Source: Promethearchaeota archaeon (GTDB lineage Archaea > Asgardarchaeota > Lokiarchaeia > Sigyniarchaeales > SOKP01). Taken from it: 40,597 nucleotides of DNA. Under the pieces are notes generated by a model. It was not told the origin of the DNA and made no database searches. It worked only from the letters and a program-made list of their open reading frames with translations. Shown piece after piece: positions 33,389-40,597 of this stretch (positions within the stretch are counted from its first letter, which is position 1; each line of letters opens with the position of its first letter). The stretch lies in NCBI GenBank assembly GCA_048940925.1, contig JBHLOC010000039.1, forward strand, positions 1 to 40,597. Direction: 5' to 3'. The position numbers and the translations under genes were made by a program.

Positions 33389-34657
33389 TTATATTTCTGT
33401 AAAAAAATAAGTTATTCCTTCCTTTTTTGTACCTTTAATTGTTCCGTTAAAAATTAATCTAGCTAAGATATTCTCAATATTTCTTCTACAATAATCTCTT
33501 GCTTCAGAGTCTTCGATAATATCTTCTAGTCTATTTAATAGGGCCTGAATAGTAAAAGCTCTCCCTTTATTGGAATTAAAGTAATTGGCAAGTTTTTCAT
33601 CAACTTTATTGCTATATTTTTCAGTTTCATTCAATTGTTTTTCAAGAATTGTAGATTTAACATTTTTTAACTCTTTATAAAGATTATATTTTTCTGGAGT
33701 CTTTACATTACTGCTCAATCCTGCCTCCGCATTTTTTAGTCCATTTGTAAGATCATTTTGTTGCTCAAAAATTCTGGCTTTTTCTAAACATTCTTGAGAA
33801 TATTTATACCTTAAATTAATTATTAAATGATGAAATGCACTATATCGTCTAGCATATGTTTCTTCAGTCTCGAATCGCGGGTCACGAATTAATTTACAGT
33901 CAAAAGCAGGAGCTATTGTCATCTTCCCTCTTAAAGAAAAATCAGCATTGCTCCAAGATTCATAATAATAGCCTTTATATGGTTTATTCAAAGCAAATCC
34001 CTTATGAGTCATTAAAACATCAGTAGTTTGCATAAATTTTTCATATACTAGCTTAGTTCCAATGCGAGTAGTTTTCTTTCTAGGCCCCCTCCATGTTATT
34101 TTCATTATAGTACTATAAATAATATCATCTTCAGGAGGAATCACCATTAACAAGGGACTGCGTGTTACAGGTTTATAATAATATTTTCCAAACTTTAGTG
34201 CATTTTCTAAAACTAATTTAACTCGATGAATTATTTTATTACTTGGATCATAGATAAGAGCTTTCTTAGCACACTCTAATGCTTCTTTATAATTTTTACG
34301 ATATTCATAAACAAAAGCCAATTGGAGCCAGACTTCATTAACTCCTATTGTTAATGCTTCTTGACAATTCTTAATTGCTTCTTCATAATCACCATCTTCA
34401 ATTAATATATTGATTTTAATCTTCCATGGTTCTGGTATTGAAGGATTTAATTCTAAAGCTCTCTCAGCACTCTTTTTGGCAAAATCATACTTTCTCATAA
34501 AATAATATGACATACCTTTATAAATCCAAGCTAAATCAAAATCAGGATCCTTTTTAATTACTTTATCAAATTTCCTTATAGCACTTTTATATTTCTTCTG
34601 TAAATATAATTGGTATCCCTCTTTATATGTATTGTCTTCTGGCATATAGTTACACAT
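33389..34657 (-). CDS. TPR-repeat protein
   Basis: N-terminal TPRs (AWIYKG...AKKSAERALELNP; YKEALECAKKALIYDP); possible C-terminal winged helix. Confidence 0.85.
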   Translation of the reverse strand: MCNYMPEDNTYKEGYQLYLQKKYKSAIRKFDKVIKKDPDFDLAWIYKGMSYYFMRKYDFAKKSAERALELNPSIPEPWKIKINILIEDGDYEEAIKNCQEALTIGVNEVWLQLAFVYEYRKNYKEALECAKKALIYDPSNKIIHRVKLVLENALKFGKYYYKPVTRSPLLMVIPPEDDIIYSTIMKITWRGPRKKTTRIGTKLVYEKFMQTTDVLMTHKGFALNKPYKGYYYESWSNADFSLRGKMTIAPAFDCKLIRDPRFETEETYARRYSAFHHLIINLRYKYSQECLEKARIFEQQNDLTNGLKNAEAGLSSNVKTPEKYNLYKELKNVKSTILEKQLNETEKYSNKVDEKLANYFNSNKGRAFTIQALLNRLEDIIEDSEARDYCRRNIENILARLIFNGTIKGTKKEGITYFFTEI

Positions 34658-35046
34658 ATATTTATTTATATAAAATTATTAACGTTTTTACAAGAATTAT
34701 TTTATTTTCTTCAATATAATAACTAATTTTCTAAATAAGATTTTGAAAACTTAATACTTTTTATAAAGGATTTTATATATACTGATAAAATCAGTATTTT
34801 ATTACAAAGTATGCTTTTTTTTTCTGAGTTTTTATAGTATTTATTCTTTATCATTATATTTCTCATAAGTTTTAGCTTAAGGAGGGAAACTAATCGATTG
34901 GAAGAAAATGAAGAAAATGTTTAACTTTAAAAAAAGGAAGAAAAAGATTTTTATAAAAAAACATTGAAGAACTCAAGAATGAAATAATTATCGCCAAATA
35001 TAAAGAATCAAAATACAAAAAAGATAAATAACAAGGTGATAATCTA

Positions 35047-36531
35047 ATGGGAGAATACGGAGAGGGTGAATTCAATGAGAAAATTAAGGAAATTGAAACT
35101 AAACTCAATCAAATATCTCGTAATGAAAATAGTGGACGAATAAACGATTTTGGACCACTTGAAGAAATAGAGGATTTACATGAAGAAGTTGAATCTGGGT
35201 TTGAACCAAGAGATGAATCAAAATCCATTGAGTTTGAAAATTATTATGAACCATTAAATGAATCTGAAAAAAAAAAACCTTCAAAAGAAGAATATCCTAC
35301 AATGGATTTCATTGAAGATATAAGGGATGAAATCTCAAAATTAGTTCCCTCTCATGAATTACATGGTGGAAGAATCTCATACGACAAGCTTTCTGAATAC
35401 TTAGATATGCATACTCGCTATATTAGAGACACACGTAATAGAATAGTAAATTCGAATAATAAAAAATATAATCCAGATTTTAAATTTTCAAATGAACAAT
35501 TAAATAATTTTATATCTTCTTTCTCTAAAAAATTTAGCAATGTAGATATTAGCAGTATTGAAAAGTTAGTAAACAAATATGTCAATAGTAATGATCTTAT
35601 TGAATATAGACAACAACAATGGCATCTTCACAATCCTGATCTAAAATATGATTATTTCAAATCTCTTGACTCAACAAGTAAGGGATATTATTTTGGATTA
35701 TTACTTGCTGAGGGAACTATTTCTTCTAAAGGAAATCTAGGAATATTTTTAGAAAAAGAAGATATTAATGTAATGAAAAGATATAGAAAAGAACTTAATA
35801 TTGTAAATAAACTTGAATATGTAACAGATAAAAGAAAGAAAAAGCAATCAGGAGAGTATCCAGAACGATATGGTGTAAGAGTAGGATGTAAACCTATGAT
35901 AAACGATTTAAAAAACTTAGGATTTTTAAATTTCAAAGAACGAAATGCCTTAAAAGAAGGATTTTTTACAAACATGAGGGAAGATGTTGCTTTATCTATT
36001 TTACTTGGTTTTTATGATGGAGATGGTGAAGAAAGTGCTCCTATTATTCATTCTACTAATAAAAAATTTCTCAAACAAATTAAGAGAGAATTCAATATTA
36101 AACATGAAATAAAACTAAAGCGTAAAGCTGAAAGAACTAAAGTCTGGACTAAAGAATGTGATATAAAAGATCAATGGTATTTAAGAATTGGTCCAGAATT
36201 ATTTAATCGAATGATGGAATCGTATGACTATAGTATGGAAAGAAAAAGAGCGTATTATCCAATGAAGGGAGGTAAATATGCATATGATGCTCTTTCTAAG
36301 AAAATAGGTAATAGGGAATGTCTAAATGAATTATCTCTTATTGGTCCTAGAACTAAATTAGCTGACGCTTTTGGTTGTAGTTTCGAACTTTTTAAACGAC
36401 TATGCGATGAATATAATATTAAGACTTTACCTCATTCCTACTGGAAGAGAGCTGATAAAAAAGACTGGAAACTAAACTTCGATAAAAAAATTGAAGATTT
36501 CAAAAATAAATATTTGGTAAATAATCCATAA
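35047..36531 (+). CDS. Free-standing double-motif LAGLIDADG homing endonuclease-like protein
   Basis: GYYFGLLLAEGTI and SILLGFYDGDGE motifs; AGGTGA SD; no intein termini seen; acidic N-terminus. Confidence 0.82.
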   Translation: MGEYGEGEFNEKIKEIETKLNQISRNENSGRINDFGPLEEIEDLHEEVESGFEPRDESKSIEFENYYEPLNESEKKKPSKEEYPTMDFIEDIRDEISKLVPSHELHGGRISYDKLSEYLDMHTRYIRDTRNRIVNSNNKKYNPDFKFSNEQLNNFISSFSKKFSNVDISSIEKLVNKYVNSNDLIEYRQQQWHLHNPDLKYDYFKSLDSTSKGYYFGLLLAEGTISSKGNLGIFLEKEDINVMKRYRKELNIVNKLEYVTDKRKKKQSGEYPERYGVRVGCKPMINDLKNLGFLNFKERNALKEGFFTNMREDVALSILLGFYDGDGEESAPIIHSTNKKFLKQIKREFNIKHEIKLKRKAERTKVWTKECDIKDQWYLRIGPELFNRMMESYDYSMERKRAYYPMKGGKYAYDALSKKIGNRECLNELSLIGPRTKLADAFGCSFELFKRLCDEYNIKTLPHSYWKRADKKDWKLNFDKKIEDFKNKYLVNNP

Positions 36532-36641
36532 ATAAATTAGAAAAATTTTTTTTATATTGTTAATTTATCAAATTAAAGTTGTGATTTTATTTTAAATGTT
36601 AATTAGAATTACCAAATTTGGAATTATAGAGGTGATTTACC

Positions 36642-36873
36642 ATCATTATCCCAATCCGCTGCTTTAGTTGCGGTAAGCTCATAGCACATGTATATGAACC
36701 ATATTTAGAGTATTTAGAAAAAGGAGAGAGCTCAGAAAAAGCGTTTAAGGAGCTTGGTATTGAACGCTTTTGTTGTAAACGCATGATCGTAAATTAGTAG
36801 GCATTTTCGCCTTATAAGTGTAAGTCATGTGGATCTGATAGATGAGCTCCTCAAATTTCCGAGATTACAATAG
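36642..36873 (+). CDS. rpoN: DNA-directed RNA polymerase subunit N (Rpo10); split gene join(36642..36792,36824..36873), ATC start, 66 aa
   Basis: (M)IIPIRCFSCGK...LGIERFCCKRMIV + SHVDLIDELLKFPRLQ*; GAGGTGA SD 6 nt upstream; missed by ORF track. Confidence 0.92.
36793..36823 (+). other. Candidate 31-nt bulge-helix-bulge intron in rpoN mRNA
   Basis: 7-bp exon helix, two 3-nt bulges, 4-position central helix (3 of 4 paired), intron hairpin; removal restores frame. Confidence 0.75.
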
Positions 36874-36934
36874 TCTAAATTAATTATATAGTAATCTAAG
36901 TGAAATACAAGAGTAAAATTATGTGGATTTTCTT

Positions 36935-36976
36935 GACCTGATCGATGAATTACTTAAATTTCCTCGATTACAATGA
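36935..36976 (+). repeat. Second, synonymously recoded copy of the rpoN 3' end (DLIDELLKFPRLQ*)
   Basis: Same 13 aa as 36832-36873, with 8 silent nucleotide changes and TGA instead of TAG. Confidence 0.9.
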
Positions 36977-37015
36977 TTAAATCTTTTCTTTAATATTTAA
37001 AAGAATAAGTAAAAA

Positions 37016-37198
37016 TTATTCTTTCCCGTAATAAGCAGTCCATCTGGTTTTTCTTGCTTTTTTTTTATAAACCAGCATTGCTTTTCTACATTTGTTGGTA
37101 CAAAAATTATGTATTATACCGTTCTTTTGGATAAACATTATTCCTCTGCCTATAGGAATATCATACCCACAGAAAGAGCATTTCTTTACTTTGACCAT
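37016..37198 (-). CDS. rpl24e: 50S ribosomal protein L24e
   Basis: CSFCG..I..GRG.M...FCTNKC...RWT. Confidence 0.96.
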   Translation of the reverse strand: MVKVKKCSFCGYDIPIGRGIMFIQKNGIIHNFCTNKCRKAMLVYKKKARKTRWTAYYGKE

Positions 37199-37221
37199 GA
37201 GATATCACCACAAACATTTCA

Positions 37222-37626
37222 TTATTCTTTTTCTTTTTTAAATAGTTCAGCTTCTCCGTATTTTTGAACTTTTAGATTGATTAAAGTCATATCACTGGTT
37301 ACTTCATTACCTCTGACAGTTTTTCTCCTTTTTTCTCCCTTTCTTCGAGGGTTAAACCCAATATTTCTTTTAGAGGCAAGAATTTTCTTTTTAACGGGTC
37401 CATGTACATCTTTTCTCATGGGGAATCCTGAAGAGTCGCTTCCTCCAGTAATTACGAATTCATAATTGGGAAAGCCTACAATCCCTCCTTTAATAACATC
37501 ACCGATTTTCATCCCTTCAAATCGAAATTTTTTTTCATCAATTTCAATTAGCTTAGATAAACCTTTTCCAGGGCCTTCATTGCCACCGCTGATATTTAAC
37601 TTATATACAATTTTTTCAGAAGACAC
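37222..37626 (-). CDS. rps6e: 30S ribosomal protein S6e
   Basis: KIGDVI, ITGGSDSSGFPMR, RRKTVRGN. Confidence 0.96.
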   Translation of the reverse strand: MSSEKIVYKLNISGGNEGPGKGLSKLIEIDEKKFRFEGMKIGDVIKGGIVGFPNYEFVITGGSDSSGFPMRKDVHGPVKKKILASKRNIGFNPRRKGEKRRKTVRGNEVTSDMTLINLKVQKYGEAELFKKEKE

Positions 37627-37801
37627 GGTATATCAAATTTGAACTTAAGACAGCAAGAATAACTTCAAGAATGTTTATTTTCATAAAAATTTTATGGAAT
37701 TTTATGGTTTAGAATAATTTTCTAAATTGATACATAATATGAAATTTATTTTAAAGATAACAACCTTATAAATTATATAAGAATTTATTAGATAGCATTA
37801 T

Positions 37802-38626
37802 ATGCAGATATTTGAAGTTGTTCCACTTACCAAATTCCCGTATATGGAAACAAGAGAAGTACTGCAAGGGAATACAGTGCGTGATATTTTGAATGAAACC
37901 AGTAAAGAAAAGGTATATTTGCTGGTAGATCATGATACAAAGAAAATTTGGACTTTTAATGGTTCTCATAGCTCTTTCAAAGTCCAAATATACGGTGGTA
38001 TTTTAGCTGGAATGCTTCGACAACAATTAAGATTATTTTATAGAGTTTACCCATTAAACATGTATTCTAGCGATAATCAAGAATTTCAAAATATTATGGA
38101 AAAACCACTTGGGGCTGGGCGAGCTAAACCTATCGAGAAAAATGATTTTGCTAAACCTACTGAAGATAAATATATAAAAGATGTCTCGATTGCCAGCCCT
38201 AAAGCAAATAAAGCAATTGAATATATTAATAGTTTTCCCAAGCCAGATGATTTGATAAGAAGATTTATTGTAATAGGGGGAACTATATATAATGAAGAGG
38301 AAATTATAGAAGCTTTTGTTAAAGAAGAAAAGAATGTAACAAATACTGTGAAATTAGGACGTTTAAACAATGGTTTTACCTTTTTCAAAGATCATAATTA
38401 CTCCACTCGATTAATTATTAAAGATCGAAAAATTCAAGGGATCGAATTATATATCCATAAAGATGATAAATCTCCTCCATTGGAATCACAAATCCCGGTT
38501 TTATACGAAGAAAAATATAGTAAACCGGGTTCTTTCAATGCTTTAATCAAGGCATTTAAAATTCCAGATAAATTACCTGAAGACACTGAAACAACCGCTC
38601 AAGATGATTCTACTAATCAATCCTAG
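37802..38626 (+). CDS. Hypothetical protein with divergent N-terminal gelsolin-like domain
   Basis: [23 protein letters not shown] resembles the gelsolin V.L.D....I..W.G..SS core. Confidence 0.55.
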   Translation: MQIFEVVPLTKFPYMETREVLQGNTVRDILNETSKEKVYLLVDHDTKKIWTFNGSHSSFKVQIYGGILAGMLRQQLRLFYRVYPLNMYSSDNQEFQNIMEKPLGAGRAKPIEKNDFAKPTEDKYIKDVSIASPKANKAIEYINSFPKPDDLIRRFIVIGGTIYNEEEIIEAFVKEEKNVTNTVKLGRLNNGFTFFKDHNYSTRLIIKDRKIQGIELYIHKDDKSPPLESQIPVLYEEKYSKPGSFNALIKAFKIPDKLPEDTETTAQDDSTNQS

Positions 38627-39944
38627 AACTTCTAAGCCTTTAGAAGCCCATACTGATTTTTTTAGAGAACCTAACTTAGGATTATTATATTTAGCAGCAA
38701 TATTAGATTTAAACAACATTCAAGTTGATATTTTAGACCTTGAGCAATTTAAACATTTGAATAAATCAGAATTAGAAAATTTAATACGTGTAAAAATAAC
38801 CGGTTATAATATTTTTGGAATTACTTCTCTTACAAACACTTTTCAAATGGCGCTTAATATTGCCAGAATCATAAAGTCTCAAAATCGAGATAATTACATA
38901 ATTATGGGAGGACCCCACGTATCTTTCTTGCATAGTGAAATTTTAAAGAATAATATAAAAGCAGAAAGACTAATCGATTTTATTTGTGTTGGCGAATCAG
39001 AATACTCCTTGTTAAATCTCGTCAAAATTTTACAAAATCATGTTAATAAAGAAAAAAAGTTGGAGGAATTAGAAGAAAGAATTAATTTAATTAAAGGAAT
39101 TTCTTATATTAATTCAAAAGGCAAAATAATTTTCACAGGTTTGCCTGAAGAACCAATAAATTTAGAATCATTACCATTACCCGCTCGTTATAAATTACCT
39201 CAAGAGAACTTTTTTTATACTGTTGCAAGTGTCATTGTAAACAGAGGTTGCCCCAATGATTGTTCATTCTGTTCAAGGCAAAACTTATTTAAAAAACCAA
39301 GAATTAGAAGCATTGGATCTATATACGCAGAAATAACTGACATTTTATCATTACAAATTTATAATTATATCAATTTTTACGATAATATCAATATAAATAG
39401 AGAATTCTTCAGAAATTTTTGTGAGATGTTTATTGAAAATAATATTTCTATACCCTGGGGTTGTGAACTCCGGGTAGACACTATCAACTATGAAGACGCA
39501 CTCTTACTGAAAAGAGCAGGATGTCAATTAGTTGCGACGGGGATTGAATCTGCTAATAAAACAGTTCTCAAGAAAAATTTCAAATACCAAGATCCAGAAC
39601 AAGTAAAAAATGGAATAATAAATTTAAAAAAATTTGATATAGCCATTCAAGCTTATTTTGTATTAGGACTTCCTGGTGAAACTGAAAAAAGCTTTTACCA
39701 GACTATTGAATATATTAACTCTTTACCTTTAGATAAAGGAGATGAAATAAATTACTTTGTAGCAACGCCATATCCTGGATCTCGTTTGTGGGATGAAAGT
39801 GAATATTTTGACATTGAAATATTCGAAAAAGATTTTACCAAATACGATTGTAATACTCTCATTTTTGAAACAAAAGATTTAACCAAAAAAAAATTAGAAG
39901 AATTCTATATTATTGCTAAAAAAATTGAAAATACATTTAAATAG
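38604..39944 (+). CDS. B12-binding radical SAM protein
   Basis: [48 protein letters not shown]. Confidence 0.93.
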   Translation: MILLINPRTSKPLEAHTDFFREPNLGLLYLAAILDLNNIQVDILDLEQFKHLNKSELENLIRVKITGYNIFGITSLTNTFQMALNIARIIKSQNRDNYIIMGGPHVSFLHSEILKNNIKAERLIDFICVGESEYSLLNLVKILQNHVNKEKKLEELEERINLIKGISYINSKGKIIFTGLPEEPINLESLPLPARYKLPQENFFYTVASVIVNRGCPNDCSFCSRQNLFKKPRIRSIGSIYAEITDILSLQIYNYINFYDNININREFFRNFCEMFIENNISIPWGCELRVDTINYEDALLLKRAGCQLVATGIESANKTVLKKNFKYQDPEQVKNGIINLKKFDIAIQAYFVLGLPGETEKSFYQTIEYINSLPLDKGDEINYFVATPYPGSRLWDESEYFDIEIFEKDFTKYDCNTLIFETKDLTKKKLEEFYIIAKKIENTFK

Positions 39945-39988
39945 ATTAAACTAAACAATAACATGATTATTAGAAATGGTGGATTCTT

Positions 39989-40315
39989 ATTCCCAGTGAT
40001 TTCACACAAAAAGTAATTTATATAATTAAAAAAATACCCAAAGGAAAAGTCTTAACATATGGATTTATCGCCAAATTAGCAGGAAATCCTAAAGCTGCAA
40101 GACAAGTCTCATGGATCCTTCACTCCTCAACAAAAAAATATAATCTTCCTTGGCATCGTGTCATAAATTCAAAAGGATTAATATCATTAAAAACCCGAGA
40201 AGATCGAGAATATCAAAAAATGCTCCTAAAACAAGAAGATGTTGAGTTTTTAGATAGTTTTAAAGTCGATCTTAATAGATTTCTTTGGAGAATTGATTCT
40301 ATTGATAAACTGTAG
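39989..40315 (+). CDS. Alkyltransferase-like (ATL/MGMT family) protein, proposed ATT start (not in ORF track)
   Basis: Hand translation: IPKGKVLTYGFIAKLAGNPKAARQV...LPWHRVINSKG; PWHRV marks non-catalytic ATL; no ATG/GTG/TTG between the in-frame TAG at 39971 and the conserved domain. Confidence 0.88.
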   Translation: MPSDFTQKVIYIIKKIPKGKVLTYGFIAKLAGNPKAARQVSWILHSSTKKYNLPWHRVINSKGLISLKTREDREYQKMLLKQEDVEFLDSFKVDLNRFLWRIDSIDKL

Positions 40316-40597
40316 TTAGTAAAACATGTACTTTTTGAATAATTTGTTTACTTTTTGATTAAATTTATCGTAATATGTGATTTTAGCCCTTCTTTTGAAA
40401 TTTGTCTGAATATCAATGTTATTTTCAAAACATTTTTTATAGGGTAATTTTAATAATAGAGAATTAACTCTAGAATAATGTGGATGAGATTTTTTTATAT
40501 TATCCATGACACACACTATTATAAATAAAAAAAAATATACAAATTATGCAAAATTTTGTGTTTAATGTAAAAAAATATTTATAGTGAAAAATATGCC

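Noticed and set aside
34880-35030. Purine-rich broken frames upstream of the endonuclease (EKDFYKK / NIEELKNEIIIAKYK*)
   Set aside because: May be a decayed small gene, but no identifiable family or continuous frame.
36599-36784. 61-aa minus-strand ORF
   Set aside because: Antisense shadow of rpoN exon 1.
36832-36965. A second BHB intron joining rpoN copy 1 to copy 2 (103-nt spacing)
   Set aside because: The registers I tested by hand gave no convincing exon helix together with a central helix.
2468-38388. Short antisense ORFs (2468, 5033, 6326, 8178, 12869, 19053, 21656, 21947, 34890, 35688, 37277, 37766, 38086)
   Set aside because: They overlap well-supported genes on the opposite strand and show no motifs.
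40316-40516. 66-aa minus-strand ORF near window end
   Set aside because: No motif or clear SD; cannot be supported.

Overview
AT-rich archaeal chromosomal window, very probably from an Asgard archaeon (Lokiarchaeia-like). The evidence is archaeal information-processing genes (rpoE1-spt4-DUF359-rps24e-rps27ae-kae1-bud32; rps6e, rpl24e, rpl7ae, rps28e, rpoN) beside eukaryotic-signature proteins (Rab-like GTPase, two roadblock genes, two gelsolin-like proteins) and metabolic genes (GH1, non-pyrrolysine MttB, E1 alpha/beta, class I aldolase). The main finding is missed by the ORF track. The RNA polymerase subunit gene rpoN/rpo10 (36642-36873, +) is interrupted by a 31-nt insert (36793-36823) that contains stop codons. 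The insert folds with its flanks into a relaxed bulge-helix-bulge (BHB) motif, and the predicted cut sites exactly restore the frame, making it a candidate tRNA-endonuclease-type mRNA intron. A free-standing double-LAGLIDADG endonuclease lies just upstream. A second, synonymously recoded copy of the last 13 codons lies just downstream. Other signals: several genes appear to start at ATA/ATC/ATT, a decayed duplicate of a roadblock 3' end brackets a two-gene island, and there is an unannotated 34-aa membrane peptide. All calls are by eye, with no database searches.
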